Part shown: in pieces, positions 20,452-32,200 of the stretch
Position numbering within the stretch: position 1 is the stretch's first letter
Layout of the letters: each line of letters begins with the position of its first letter
Origin: Candidatus Latescibacterota bacterium
GTDB lineage: Bacteria > Latescibacterota > UBA2968
NCBI GenBank assembly: GCA_965222605.1
Contig: OZ244960.1
Span: forward strand, 4,704,001-4,768,000
Length of the DNA stretch: 64,000 bases
Direction of reading: 5' to 3'
Translations under genes and position numbers: made by a program
The notes under the pieces: generated by a model
The model's input: the letters and a program-made list of their open reading frames with translations, nothing else
Databases searched by the model: none
Told to the model about the DNA's origin: nothing

Positions 20452-21426
20452 CTAAAGGTCAACCAGCCAGTTCACCAGTCTTTCGATCTGTTGCGATTTG
20501 CATAGATTTGCGACGCCAACCAGTTTGCCGTCCTGCATCCGCTGGATGATTTCCCGCGCCATTGCTTCCTCTATAGCAGCACCGATGAAAACCAGTCCGG
20601 GAGCATGCGTTGAAAAACTTCCCGCGATCCGATCAAGAGCAGTTCTTGCTGTCTTCCAGTGTTCATCCGCGCCAGCCGGATCAATACCTCCTTTTAACTC
20701 CCCACACAGGATGTAATTTTCTCGCTTGCTTAATAACGCTCTTATGTCAGTGCGTGAGCAAATAATCCTGGGCGTGCGTAAGAGAATCATATCCACATTA
20801 TTTCCCCTTGGGCCAGCAAAAGGACATTTCATATTAAAAGCGAGAATCCTACCTGGCCATTGCAAGGCACTCAAGCCACTTTCAAGGAGAACATTGATGT
20901 CTGTGCCGAGTAGATTCATGAAATTATTTATTTTTCTTTGCATATAGCTCACACCAAAACTCTTATATTTTGTCTGCATTCTCTTCAAAAGATATTCCCC
21001 GAATTTTATCTCAGCCTGTCTGCCCGTATCGTTGCGTTTGACACCTCCGAGTTGATCCCCGCAATTCAGCGCGTATCGGTACAGAATATTGTCGATTATA
21101 TCCGGTTCGAGGAAATCTTTCTTTCTTGCCAAGATGTGCCTTCTCAGGAATTTTTTCGTTTCTTCGAAACCAATAGCATTTCTGGCCTTCTCTGTCAGCC
21201 CCAATGCCCCAATGAGGATTTCTATAATCTCTTGATCTCTTTCCGTTGCATGGAGCAAATCTTCTAAATCCGATCCGATGTATGCGAGTTTTCTTTGGGC
21301 TTCAATTATTCCGCTAACAAAAGGTGATGCCAATGTGAACTGCCTCATGGATTGTTGGCGAAATCCTTCGGCAGTTTCCGCTGGGGTGGTTGTGATTTCG
21401 GATGGATGGTAATAAATGGGCTGCAT
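20452..21426 (-). CDS. Type II restriction endonuclease, AvaI/BsoBI family
   Basis: NVD...GELKGGIDPAGADEHWKTA signature carrying the D-E-K-H catalytic residues; convergent with the MTase. Confidence 0.88.
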   Translation of the reverse strand: MQPIYYHPSEITTTPAETAEGFRQQSMRQFTLASPFVSGIIEAQRKLAYIGSDLEDLLHATERDQEIIEILIGALGLTEKARNAIGFEETKKFLRRHILARKKDFLEPDIIDNILYRYALNCGDQLGGVKRNDTGRQAEIKFGEYLLKRMQTKYKSFGVSYMQRKINNFMNLLGTDINVLLESGLSALQWPGRILAFNMKCPFAGPRGNNVDMILLRTPRIICSRTDIRALLSKRENYILCGELKGGIDPAGADEHWKTARTALDRIAGSFSTHAPGLVFIGAAIEEAMAREIIQRMQDGKLVGVANLCKSQQIERLVNWLVDL

Positions 21427-21577
21427 CTGGCGTTCCTTACATTATAGGGCGAGTGATTTTTCTTGGTGAACCTCAGTTTGTCTATTAACTTGCTGATTGG
21501 TTTCATACGGCCACATGAATTATAGAAAGAATTTGGAAAAAAACAAGATTAGTGTCCTTTCAAACTGGAGAATTTTA

Positions 21578-22909
21578 ATGAGCAGTGTTGCATCTGTTGA
21601 TTTGCGCGAAGTTCGAAAGCAGGATCTGAATCACGTATGGCATCCTTTGATGCAATATGAGGGTAGGAGCGAAGACGATTTGCTCGTTATTGTGTCGGCA
21701 GATGGGTGCGAGATCACGGATTCTGAAGGAAAAACGTATCTCGATGCGTATGGCGGGATATGGAATGTCAATGTGGGGTATGGCCGGGACGAGATTGTCG
21801 AAGCTGTTCACGAACAGATGAAAACACTCGCGTTTTATCCCATGACGCAGATCAATGTGCCCGCGGCGCGACTCGCCGCGCGGTTGGCGGAATTGTCACC
21901 GGGCGATCTCAACCATTTCTATTTTGTCAATAGCGGTTCAGAGGCAAATGAAACCGCTATTAAAGTTGCGCGACAATACGGTAGGGTGACGCATCCGGGC
22001 GAGAGTCGCTATAAGATCATCTGCCGATATCACGGCTATCACGGCTTTACGATGGGGGCCATGTCTGCGACTGGTCAGGTGAGACGGCGCGCGCCGTTTG
22101 AACCCCTGGCGCCGGGATTTATTCACGTTGAATTGCCTACTGCAGATGCACATGGACCAGATGAGATCGCGCGGGTTATAGAACGGGAAGGACCCGATAC
22201 GATCGCGGCTGTTCTTGCGGAACCCGTGATTGGCGGTGGTGGCGTGCATGTCCCACCCGATGATTATTTTCCCTCTCTGCGCGATGTGTGCGACTACTAT
22301 GGTTGTTTGCTGATGTTTGATGAGGTGATCACTGGATTTGGGCGCACCGGGAAATTGTTTGCTGCCGAGCATTGGAATGTCGTGCCCGATGTGATGACGA
22401 TTGCCAAGGGCGTGTCGAGTGGGTACCTGCCGCTGGGGGCATGCGCTGTAACCGAAAAGGTCTGGTCGGCATTTCTGGGGGGCGCGGATGAAGGCAAAGA
22501 ATTTGCTCAGGTTTCCACGTATGGCGGGCATCCGGCATGTTGTGCCGCGGCGCTGGCCAATATCGAAATTCTGACCCGAGAACGGCTGTGGGAAAATTCG
22601 GAAACTGTGGGTGCGTACTTGTTGGCGCGGCTCAAAGATCTGTCATCGCCTCTTATCAAAGAAGTCAGAGGTCTGGGGCTTATGCTCGCGGTTGAACTGC
22701 AAAGCGAAGATGGGGCAGAACTGGATAGCGAGAGGACAAAAAAATTTGGCGGCGCGCTTCGAGACGCGGGTGTGATTACTGGGAAAATGAGTCATGTCAT
22801 GGTGGGGTCAGAGCCGGTATTCACACTGGCGCCACCACTGATTTTAACGGAAGAGCAAGCCGACCGAATAGCAGGTGCTTTTGTGACTGCACTGCGGGCT
22901 ATAAGTTGA
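21578..22909 (+). CDS. Class III PLP aminotransferase
   Basis: NSGSEANE, YHG, FDEVITGFGRTG and AKGVSSGY motifs; GGAG RBS. Confidence 0.95.
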   Translation: MSSVASVDLREVRKQDLNHVWHPLMQYEGRSEDDLLVIVSADGCEITDSEGKTYLDAYGGIWNVNVGYGRDEIVEAVHEQMKTLAFYPMTQINVPAARLAARLAELSPGDLNHFYFVNSGSEANETAIKVARQYGRVTHPGESRYKIICRYHGYHGFTMGAMSATGQVRRRAPFEPLAPGFIHVELPTADAHGPDEIARVIEREGPDTIAAVLAEPVIGGGGVHVPPDDYFPSLRDVCDYYGCLLMFDEVITGFGRTGKLFAAEHWNVVPDVMTIAKGVSSGYLPLGACAVTEKVWSAFLGGADEGKEFAQVSTYGGHPACCAAALANIEILTRERLWENSETVGAYLLARLKDLSSPLIKEVRGLGLMLAVELQSEDGAELDSERTKKFGGALRDAGVITGKMSHVMVGSEPVFTLAPPLILTEEQADRIAGAFVTALRAIS

Positions 22910-22931
22910 GTTAAAAAAAAAGGAAACCGCG

Positions 22932-23408
22932 ATGATCAATGCGACCCTGTGCTATGTCAAAAATGGCAATAAGACGCTGATGCTACACCGGGTAAAAAAA
23001 GAAAATGACATACACGAGGGCAAATGGAATGGTCTGGGCGGCAAAATGGAAGCGGGTGAGACGCCTGAGGAATGCGTTATTCGGGAAGTGCGCGAAGAGA
23101 GTGGTCTACAGATTCAAAATCCCGCTTTAAGAGGTGTGCTCACTTTTCCAAAATTTGATGGCACCAATGACTGGCTGGCCTTTGTGTTTACCGCGGATAT
23201 GTTTACGGGTGAACTCATTGACTCGAGCGAAGGTGTCCTGCAATGGATCGACGACTCAAAACTTCTCGATCTCAATCTTTGGGAAGGCGATAAAATTTTT
23301 TTGAAATGGTTATACCGAGATGCGTTTTTCTCGGGTAAATTTACGTATGAAAATAAACGTCTGATCGATCACGATGTTGTGTTTCACACATTTAACCCGA
23401 ACGTGTAA
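22932..23408 (+). CDS. NUDIX hydrolase (MutX-like 8-oxo-dGTPase)
   Basis: GGKMEAGETPEECVIREVREESG Nudix box; LWEGD. Confidence 0.9.
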   Translation: MINATLCYVKNGNKTLMLHRVKKENDIHEGKWNGLGGKMEAGETPEECVIREVREESGLQIQNPALRGVLTFPKFDGTNDWLAFVFTADMFTGELIDSSEGVLQWIDDSKLLDLNLWEGDKIFLKWLYRDAFFSGKFTYENKRLIDHDVVFHTFNPNV

Positions 23409-24258
23409 CTTTTTTTAGAACCTGCCGTAGATAATCCGCGTCTTCTTTTGCCCCTGCCTCCAAATTTGGTGGCGATGTTTGCGCGTAACCGACTTGACGG
23501 ATAATGGTTTCGTCAAATTTGTATTCGGTGTGGACGGATAAAGGTCCGTCAAATCCCATCTCGTGTAATAGCCCCAGGCAGCGATGCCAATCTACGCATC
23601 CTTCTCCTGCTTTTGTGAAGCAGGGGCGATAGCGCGGTGTTTGTCCCTCCTGTTGCGGCAGATAATACGCATCCTTAATTCCCACGACTGAGATATAATC
23701 CCGAATCATCGCCAATCCCATTGCCCAGTCTTCTCCATCCAGCGCGAGATGTCCGAAATCGGGGTACGCACCCACATATTGCGGGTCAAAGCCTTTGATG
23801 AGGTGCATCAATCCGGCGCAGTTGCTTCCCAGACAGGGCCCGCTGTGAATCTGATAGCACGTCTGCACGCCATATTTTTCACTCAGGACCACAATTTTTT
23901 TTAGATCTCTTCGCGCTGCATCCAGAATCTGCCAGTAATCATCGCCGGGTTGAAATTTCCAGAATCCGATTTTGAGACGGGGAATCTCTGCTTCGGCGCA
24001 GGCGATATAGTAATTTTCTATTTCCGGTGAGTTTGGATCTATTAGATTCACGGGCGCGGTGACCATAGGGCAGATCAGATCCTGGCTGCGCCAGACCTCG
24101 GCCGCTTTGGGTAGCACTTCAATTACATTATCCACGTGAACTGGATGTCCTTCGCGCACGCACAGGTCAATGCCGTCATAGCCCAGTTCAATCGCTTTCT
24201 CGCCGAGTTCAGGCACAGAATACTGAGCAAAAAATTTGGAGTTGATAATGAGTTCCAT
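23392..24258 (-). CDS. Sugar phosphate isomerase/epimerase (xylose isomerase-like TIM barrel)
   Basis: GYDGIDL, YPDFGH, GIKD and GFDGPLSVHTE motifs. Confidence 0.85.
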   Translation of the reverse strand: MELIINSKFFAQYSVPELGEKAIELGYDGIDLCVREGHPVHVDNVIEVLPKAAEVWRSQDLICPMVTAPVNLIDPNSPEIENYYIACAEAEIPRLKIGFWKFQPGDDYWQILDAARRDLKKIVVLSEKYGVQTCYQIHSGPCLGSNCAGLMHLIKGFDPQYVGAYPDFGHLALDGEDWAMGLAMIRDYISVVGIKDAYYLPQQEGQTPRYRPCFTKAGEGCVDWHRCLGLLHEMGFDGPLSVHTEYKFDETIIRQVGYAQTSPPNLEAGAKEDADYLRQVLKKVTRSG

Positions 24259-24387
24259 TTGAATGATTCCTTATTTTAGATGGGAAAATAGAAATCCGAT
24301 CTCAGAACCGGTTTGATTTCTGACCACTGACCCATTATACTGCTTATAAGGTGTATTCGGTAGTTAAAACGACATGGAGAAAATAAA

Positions 24388-25203
24388 ATGAAGACGTTGA
24401 ACGCAAAAGAAGTCGAAGCATTTAGAGAGCGGGGATACCACGTTGCGCGGGGCGTGTTTGATCGGGATGAGATTGTGCGTTTGCGCGAAGGATATGACTA
24501 TATTCTCGAACTGGCTGCGCGGACAGATCTTTCGGATGCGATTCTGCAAGGCAAAGGCCGCGAGGTGCATATTCATTTGCAGACGCCCAGGCCGATGGTT
24601 GGCCCAAAGGCTGTTCCGTATCTGCGAAAAGTCCAGTGGCCTTCTCTCATTCATCCCGCATTTGAGGAGATTCGGAATAGTGCGAAATTTCCCGCTCTGT
24701 TAGAGCCGGTGATCGGAACGTCGTTGAAGCAGTATATCAATCAGATTAATTTCAAGATGCCAGGTGGAGATATTCATTTTCCATGGCATCAGGATATTCG
24801 TCCCACGCCCGCGTTTCGCGATCAGGTGAATAATTATGTGCAGACCATTATTGTAGTGGATGAGGCGAGTGTTGCCAATGGCTGTTTACACGTTGTTCCC
24901 GGCAGTCATAAGCTGGGAAATTTGAAGGTGACGCGGTATGCAAAGGGAAAAATTGAAGAACAGATGGATGTGTCGTCGGCTGTGCCCTGTGAGGCAATGC
25001 CGGGTGATGTGGTGATGTTTACGTCTTATACAGTTCACGGCTCGGCACCAAATACGACGGATAAGCCGCGGCGTTCGTATATCAATGGATTTGTTCGCGC
25101 TTCGGCGTGTGATGTGGGAAAGTGGGCATTTCTGGAAGGAAAACCCGTTCCGATTACGAGTGATAGCGATTATCACGAGATTCGCTATGGGTCTGTCGGT
25201 TAA
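24388..25203 (+). CDS. Phytanoyl-CoA dioxygenase (PhyH) family protein
   Basis: PWHQD, NGCLHVVPGSH and HGSAPN...RR motifs. Confidence 0.92.
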   Translation: MKTLNAKEVEAFRERGYHVARGVFDRDEIVRLREGYDYILELAARTDLSDAILQGKGREVHIHLQTPRPMVGPKAVPYLRKVQWPSLIHPAFEEIRNSAKFPALLEPVIGTSLKQYINQINFKMPGGDIHFPWHQDIRPTPAFRDQVNNYVQTIIVVDEASVANGCLHVVPGSHKLGNLKVTRYAKGKIEEQMDVSSAVPCEAMPGDVVMFTSYTVHGSAPNTTDKPRRSYINGFVRASACDVGKWAFLEGKPVPITSDSDYHEIRYGSVG

Positions 25204-25220
25204 ATAAAGAGAGGTTCACA

Positions 25221-26537
25221 ATGCTTACGGCAAAAGCTGGTTGGGCGCAGTTTGATTCAACGCCGCCGCTGGGGCTGCCAATGGGCGGTCGAGGTCCGCG
25301 GTTTTCGCCCGGATCTGAGGTGCTTGATCCTCTGGTTGCGCAGGCGGTTGTTATTGAAGACCAAAAGGGTTATCGCACGGTCTGGGTCTCGATTGATATG
25401 ATCGGGATGACATGGCATGTGACGAGTCGCTTGCGCTGCGAGTTGGCTTCAATAACCGGCATACCTTTTGAAGCGATTATTGTCAATTTTTCACATACGC
25501 ACAGCGGTCCCATGTCCGGATTTGAGGGGTATGCAACGACTGTGGCTAAACCAGAAGACCTCGAGGCTTATGAAACTGATTTGCTGTCTCGCACGGTGAA
25601 AATGGTGCTCGAAGCCATCGAGAATATGCGAGAAGTCTCTATTTGTGTGCATCGCGGCACGTCTGAGATTGGGATTAACAGGCGCAGGCGGGGTGCCGAT
25701 GGAAGTATGGGGATGAGACCGAATCCGGATGGATATATGAATCGAGATCTTTGGGTGCTCGATCTCGTTGCAGAAGACGGTCGTTGTGTGCTGTTTAACT
25801 ATGGATGCCATCCGGTAATGGTTTACGGTTTTGCATGGGATGGCATTTCTGCTGATTTTCCCGGGGTCTGTCGCAATCGGCTGGTCGAATCCTTCGGCCC
25901 GAATACTCACGCACAGTTTATTCAAGGGTTTGCCGGCAATATCCGACCGCGCCGCCTCGCGGGGTTAGACGCATTTCGCAAATCTACGCCAGAGGATGTT
26001 GTTGCGACAGGTGCTCAACTCGCCGATGATGTTCTCTCGGCTATGGATGCGGGCGGTGAATTGTTGGAATTGGATCTCAATTGCGTATCGGGATTCGTGC
26101 TGGCTCCACGCGACCAAGATGCGATTCCGCCTCTTGCCCACTGGGAAACACTTGCCAAAAGCGAGGCAGAAGTGGAGCGCAATCTGGGTGCGTACTGGGT
26201 CGAGCGTTTGGGGTCTGGCATTCCGCCAGCGCGTTTTTTGCCCTGGGCGGTTGGCCTTATTCGCCTGGCTAAGGAACACACCATCGCGTGGCTTGGCAAC
26301 GAGGTGGTTGCCGAGTGGCTCCCCTTGCTGAGATCTTATCTCAATGATCCGAATCTCATTGCCTGGGGATATTGTCAGGATGGGCGCAATTATATGCCGA
26401 CAGATGCACTTATTCCCGAAGGTGGCTATGAAGTTGTCCAAGCGAATGCCTACACCAAAGCTGGCCCCGGTCCGTTCCAGGTTGGTATTGACGAGGTGAC
26501 AAAGAAGACTTTTCTCGAACTGGCCGAACGGCTGTGA
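25221..26537 (+). CDS. Neutral/alkaline ceramidase-like amidohydrolase
   Basis: SHTHSGP, INRR, NYGCHP, ISADFPG and EGGYE motifs. Confidence 0.82.
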   Translation: MLTAKAGWAQFDSTPPLGLPMGGRGPRFSPGSEVLDPLVAQAVVIEDQKGYRTVWVSIDMIGMTWHVTSRLRCELASITGIPFEAIIVNFSHTHSGPMSGFEGYATTVAKPEDLEAYETDLLSRTVKMVLEAIENMREVSICVHRGTSEIGINRRRRGADGSMGMRPNPDGYMNRDLWVLDLVAEDGRCVLFNYGCHPVMVYGFAWDGISADFPGVCRNRLVESFGPNTHAQFIQGFAGNIRPRRLAGLDAFRKSTPEDVVATGAQLADDVLSAMDAGGELLELDLNCVSGFVLAPRDQDAIPPLAHWETLAKSEAEVERNLGAYWVERLGSGIPPARFLPWAVGLIRLAKEHTIAWLGNEVVAEWLPLLRSYLNDPNLIAWGYCQDGRNYMPTDALIPEGGYEVVQANAYTKAGPGPFQVGIDEVTKKTFLELAERL

Positions 26538-26540
26538 CGG

Positions 26541-27632
26541 TTAGTTCTGATTAGATCGCCTGCGCCGTCCGCGTCGCCGCTCTTCGCGCCACCGTTCGTA
26601 TGCTTCTTCGTCAAATGTGATAACGGGGACCTCACCTCGCCACGCATTGGCAATGATGGGCATGATGCGCGATGTTGCCAATTGGAAATCCCGTCCAAAA
26701 GGTCTCGGGTTTGGAAACCATTTCCACAGCAGAGCGCCCGCAATACGCGGTTCGTTTTCAATGGCTTCAAGCGCGACGCGCCAGCACATTTCCTGTAAGG
26801 CGCGCGCGCCATCGTCATCCACGAGATATGTCCACGGTTCTGACGCTGCTTTATAAGATTGGTTGTATCCCAATTCGGTAAATACGATGTTGCGATCCAT
26901 TTTTTTAGCATAAGCTCGCAATTCTTTTACCAGACGATCCCATCCATTTCGGAGGTCGGCCTCTGTGGGGTTTTGGTTTTTCGCTATCGGGAAATAGCCC
27001 TGAATACCGATCACATCCAGGGCATCCCAGAATGGCACGCACGTGTAATCCGACCAATTCGCCGCATACGTAATCCGTCCTTTATATATTTTTCGCACAT
27101 CTGCAATCAGAGCACGCCATTCGGCTTTGCGATGCAGGGTTTTGTCCAATTCTGTCCCTACTACAAATGCATCGGCGTCTTTACAGGCTTCGGCCACGGC
27201 CAAAATCCAGGCGCGATAATCTGCCCAGAAGCGCTTCCATTCTTCCTCAGAGCGAAACGCAATTTCGCCCCGCCACTCAAATCCCGACCGCCAGTATGCC
27301 AGATGGGGCTTGATGCAAATTTTCAATCCCCGTTTGTGGGCTTCTACAATTGGTCGCGTCCAGTGCACGGGAGCCAGATCGCTGGCTCCCTCAAATCGCC
27401 TTACCCTGACCGATCCATCCTGCGAAATGCCCGCATAGGGATGGGTCGCCACCCAGTTTGCACCCAGAATTTCAATATCTCGCAGTGTTGAAACCATTTC
27501 GTCACTCGCCCAATCTCGCCCACCCCCGTGCGTTGAAATCGTAATTCCCCGCATTGGCATATCATCGTCTAATGCATGGGATTCAAACGCGGTAAATAAG
27601 CTAAATAATAGGACAAAATAATAACGAGACAT
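26541..27632 (-). CDS. Secreted glycoside hydrolase, GH113-like
   Basis: Signal peptide; VGTEL, TYAANW, GIQGYFP and FTELGY motifs. Confidence 0.8.
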   Translation of the reverse strand: MSRYYFVLLFSLFTAFESHALDDDMPMRGITISTHGGGRDWASDEMVSTLRDIEILGANWVATHPYAGISQDGSVRVRRFEGASDLAPVHWTRPIVEAHKRGLKICIKPHLAYWRSGFEWRGEIAFRSEEEWKRFWADYRAWILAVAEACKDADAFVVGTELDKTLHRKAEWRALIADVRKIYKGRITYAANWSDYTCVPFWDALDVIGIQGYFPIAKNQNPTEADLRNGWDRLVKELRAYAKKMDRNIVFTELGYNQSYKAASEPWTYLVDDDGARALQEMCWRVALEAIENEPRIAGALLWKWFPNPRPFGRDFQLATSRIMPIIANAWRGEVPVITFDEEAYERWREERRRGRRRRSNQN

Positions 27633-27650
27633 GATTGTTTTCCTTCACGC

Positions 27651-27677
27651 AAAAAAGGCGCAGTTTGTACTGCGCCT
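27651..27677 (-). terminator. Rho-independent terminator after gltD
   Basis: AGGCGCAGT/ACTGCGCCT stem followed by a T-run on the minus strand. Confidence 0.75.
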
Positions 27678-27705
27678 CCCGTTATCTATGATTTTATATG
27701 ACGAC

Positions 27706-29199
27706 TTACGGCAGGTCGGTCGATCCCATGAGGTAGCGGTCAGCTTCGCGGGCGGCACCGCGACCTTCGGCGAAAGCGAAGACAACGAGGCTCATGCCGC
27801 AGCGCACATCACCTGCGACAAAGAGACCGGGGATTTTGGTGGTAAATTCACCTTCAATGGCTTTGGCATTGGAGCGTTCGTCGCGTTCGAGTTCGAGTTC
27901 TTCCAGAATGGTGTCTTCGGGGCCGAGCCAGCCCATGGATAGGAAGACGAGATCGGCGGGCCATTCTTTTTCCGTGCCGGGCACTTCGCGGAATGGCGCG
28001 CCATTTTCTGCGGGGACCCATTCCACTTGCATGGTTTTTAATGCTTTGAGATTGCCGTTTTCATCGCCGATAAATTCCGTAGTGCTGATGAGATATTCGC
28101 GCGGGTCTCTACCAAAAATAGCGGCGGCTTCCTCTTGACCATAATCGGTTTTGAAAATGAGTGGCATTTGTGGCCAGGGGTTGCTGTCGGTGCGCGTTTT
28201 GGGCGGTTCGGGAATAATGTCGAACTGGTACAGGTTTTTGCAACCGTGGCGCATCGCCGTGCCCACGCAGTCGGTTCCCGTATCCCCTCCGCCGAGTACG
28301 ATAACGTGTTTGTCTTTGGCGTTTATATAATTGCCGTCTCCATGATTGGAGTCGAGCAGGCTTTTGGTGTTTTTGTGCAAATACTCAATGGCCTGATGCA
28401 CGCCGTTGAGTTCACGGCCTTTGATGGGCAGGTCGCGGGGCTTGAGTGCGCCAATGCAGAGCACGACCGCGTCGTATTCATTGAGGAGATCTTTTGCCAG
28501 CAGGTCTTTGCCAATTTCGGTATTGGTGATAAATTCGATGCCCGATTCGATCATGAGGTCAATGCGGCGTTGCACAACTTCTTTTTTATCGAGTTTCATG
28601 TTGGGAATACCGTACATGAGCAATCCGCCAATGCGGTCAGAACGCTCGTACACGGTAACTTTGTGCCCGGCTTTGTTGAGTTGTGCAGCACAAGAGAGAC
28701 CTGCGGGACCTGAACCCACGACGGCCACGCGCTTGCCCGTACGCTTTTCGGGTATATCGGGTGTGACCCAGCCTTCTTCCCAACCTTTGTCAATGATGGA
28801 AACTTCGATGTTTTTGATGGTGACGGCAGGTTCTGTCATGCCCAGCACGCAGGATCCCTCGCAGGGGGCTGGACAGACGCGACCTGTAAATTCGGGAAAG
28901 TTGTTGGTTTTGTGCAATCGTTCGAGGGCTTCTTTCCAGAGGCCGCGATACACGAGGTCATTCCACTCGGGAATGAGATTGTTGATGGGACAGCCAGAAG
29001 GAAAGGGTGTAGATTCGGGCAGGCGCACACCGGTATGGCAAAAGGGTATGCCACAGTCCATACACCGCGCACCCTGTTCACGAAGTTTTTCATCGGGGTG
29101 ATGATGGTGAAATTCTTCCCAGTCTTTGATGCGCTGTGCGGGATCTCTATCGGCCGGAAGTTCTCGCTGAAATTCCATGAATCCGGTCGGTTTTCCCAT
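27706..29199 (-). CDS. gltD: Glutamate synthase small subunit
   Basis: [33 protein letters not shown] and GGGDTGTDC motifs; AAGGAG RBS. Confidence 0.97.
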   Translation of the reverse strand: MGKPTGFMEFQRELPADRDPAQRIKDWEEFHHHHPDEKLREQGARCMDCGIPFCHTGVRLPESTPFPSGCPINNLIPEWNDLVYRGLWKEALERLHKTNNFPEFTGRVCPAPCEGSCVLGMTEPAVTIKNIEVSIIDKGWEEGWVTPDIPEKRTGKRVAVVGSGPAGLSCAAQLNKAGHKVTVYERSDRIGGLLMYGIPNMKLDKKEVVQRRIDLMIESGIEFITNTEIGKDLLAKDLLNEYDAVVLCIGALKPRDLPIKGRELNGVHQAIEYLHKNTKSLLDSNHGDGNYINAKDKHVIVLGGGDTGTDCVGTAMRHGCKNLYQFDIIPEPPKTRTDSNPWPQMPLIFKTDYGQEEAAAIFGRDPREYLISTTEFIGDENGNLKALKTMQVEWVPAENGAPFREVPGTEKEWPADLVFLSMGWLGPEDTILEELELERDERSNAKAIEGEFTTKIPGLFVAGDVRCGMSLVVFAFAEGRGAAREADRYLMGSTDLP

Positions 29200-29213
29200 A
29201 AGTGCTCCTTTTC

Positions 29214-32200
29214 TCAAGCTTCAACTTCTACGCCTTGGCGGAATGCTTCAAGCCATGCATCTTCGCCTTTCAAACCCTCTTGTTGCGCGGTCTCATAAGC
29301 TGAGAGAATGCGCTTGTAGGGTTTGGGGAAGACTTTGATAAATTTGGGCAACATGTCATCCCAATGGACGAGGATGTGTTGCGCCACGTTGCTCTCGGTG
29401 TAGTCGGCGTGTTTGGTGATCATGCTTTTGAGTTCTTCAATGTCTTCGTGGTTTTGGACGGGTTCGAGATCGACGAGTTCGGGATTGCAGCGTATGTGGA
29501 AATCACCGTCTTCATCGAGCACATAAGCAATGCCGCCGGACATGCCGGCTGCAAAGTTGCGTCCGGTTTTGCCCAAAATGACAGCCATCCCACCTGTCAT
29601 ATACTCACATCCGTGATCGCCAATGCCCTCGACGACCGCGCTAACGCCCGAGTTGCGCACGCAAAAGCGTTCACCTGCCTGACCGCGAATGAAAGCTTGT
29701 CCATTGGTCGCACCGTAGAAGGATACGTTGCCGATGATGATGTTGTCTTCGGCTTTAAAGGTGGATCCTTTGCGCGGATAGACAATCAGTTTGCTGCCGC
29801 ATAATCCCTTGCCAAAGTAGTCATTGGCGTCGCCTTCGAGGCGGAAGGTGATACCCGGTGGTGTAAAGGCCGCAAAAGATTGTCCGGCCGATCCCTCAAA
29901 GGTGATGTCAATGGTGTCTTCGGGCAGGCCATCGGGCCCGAACCGGCGCGTGATTTCGCTGCCGAGGATGGTGCCGACCACGCGGTTAGTATTTTTGATG
30001 TCGAATTTCGCGTGTACTTTGCTGCCATCTTTTAGGGCGGGTTCGCAAAGTTCGAGTAGGATCTGGTTGTCCATGGCGTTTTCGAGACCGTGATCCTGTT
30101 CTATCTGGCAATAGCGCCCGATTTCTGGATCGGCGTCTGGTTTTTCGAGAATGGGGGACAGGTCCAGATATTTCGCTTTCCAGTGATCGGTTTTTGCCTG
30201 GTGGAGCAGGTCGGTGCGGCCAATGAGTTCATCGATGGTGCGCACGCCGAGTTGCGCCATTATTTCGCGCATGTCCTGTGCGATAAAACGCAAGAAATTG
30301 ACGACCTGGTCGGGGTCGCCCATAAATTTTTTGCGCAGTTCGGGATGCTGCGTGGCCACACCCACAGGGCAGGTATCGAGGTGGCAAACGCGCATCATGA
30401 TACAGCCCATGGCGACGAGTGCTGTGGTGGCAAATCCAAATTCTTCGGCACCGAGCAGGGCTGCAATAATCACATCGCGCCCGGTTTTGAGTTGTCCGTC
30501 GGTTTCGACTACGATGCGCGATCTCAGATTGTTGAGCACGAGGGTCTGGTGGGTTTCGGCAACGCCGAGTTCCCAGGGTAGGCCGGCGTGTTTGATGCTG
30601 GTTTGTGGCGATGCGCCGGTGCCGCCGTCAAGCCCGGAGATGAGTACCACATCGCCGTGGCCCTTGGACACGCCCGCTGCGACGATGCCTACATTAATTT
30701 CTGCGACGAGCTTGACGTTAATTCTGGCATGGTGGTTGGCATTTTTGAGATCGTGAATGAGTTGCGCCAGATCTTCGATGGAGTAAATATCGTGATGTGG
30801 CGGGGGTGAAATGAGTTCTACGCCCGGTGTGGAGTGCCGAACCGTGGCAATCCACGGATACACCTTTTTGCTGGGCAATTCGCCGCCCTCGCCAGGCTTG
30901 GCACCTTGCGCCATTTTGATCTGCAATTCTTTGGCATTGACCAGATAATAGCTGGTGACGCCAAAGCGTCCAGAAGCCACTTGTTTGATGGCGCTGTTTT
31001 TGGAATCGCCATTGGGTTCGAGGGTATAACGCGCCGGATCTTCCCCTCCTTCGCCGGTATTGCTTTTGCCACCCAGACGATTCATCGCAATGGCGAGTGC
31101 TTCGTGCGCTTCTTTGGATATTGATCCGTAGGACATGGCACCAGACTTAAAGCGTCTGGTAATCGCTTCGACGGGTTCAACTTCGTCGATGGAAATGGGT
31201 TCGCTGGCATAGTTGAAGTCCAGGAGACCGCGCAGGGTCGCCAGGTTTTTGGCCTGTTGATCGATGAGGACGGCGTATTCTTTGTACACGTCGTAGTCGT
31301 TGATGCGCGTGGCATGCTGGAGCTTGTGAATCGTAAGGGGATTAAAGAGGTGATATTCCCCACCTTGCCGCCACTGAAAATGCCCGCCCACATCGAGGGT
31401 GCTGCCATTGACTGAAATTTCGGGATACGCATCGCGATGCCGCATCAGGGCTTCTCGGGCAATGACATCGAGGCCAATGCCATCTATGCGGGAGTCTGTC
31501 CATGTAAAATATTGGTCAACGATGTTTTTTGAAATGCCAACTGCTTCAAAAATTTGAGCACCCCGATACGACTTGATGGTAGAGATGCCCATTTTGGCCA
31601 TGACTTTGACCACGCCTTTGGTCGCGGATTTGACATATCCTTTGACAGCATCGCGGTAGGAGATATCGGTCAATTGCTTTTCGGCGATCATGTCGGCCAG
31701 GCTTTCATAAGCTATATAGGGATTGATCGCCTGAGCGCCGTAGCCGATGAGCAAGCAGAAGTGATGCACTTCGCGGGGTTCTCCTGTTTCGAGAGCTATC
31801 CCGACTTTGGTGCGCTTGCCTTCTCGGATGAGGTGGTGGTGAAGACCGCTCATGGCCAGGAGCGCGGGAATGGGCGCGCGGTCTTTATCGACACCGCGAT
31901 CTGAAAGAATGAGAATGGTATAACCGTCGTCAATGGCTTTGTCGGCTTCTGCACACAATTTATGCATGGCTTTTTCGAGGCCGGCTTCGCCATCGGCCAC
32001 GTCAAAGAGCATGGGAATGGTGGTGGCTTTGAGGCCCGGGCGGTCAGCGTGGCGCAATTGCTCGAGTTCTTCGTTGGTCAAAATGGGCGTATCGAGATGG
32101 ATTTGCCTGCAACTTTCGGGTTCGGGAATGAGCAAGTTGCGCTCGGGACCAATGGTGGCGTCAGCCGAGGTGATGACCTCTTCTTTCAGGGGATCGAGGG

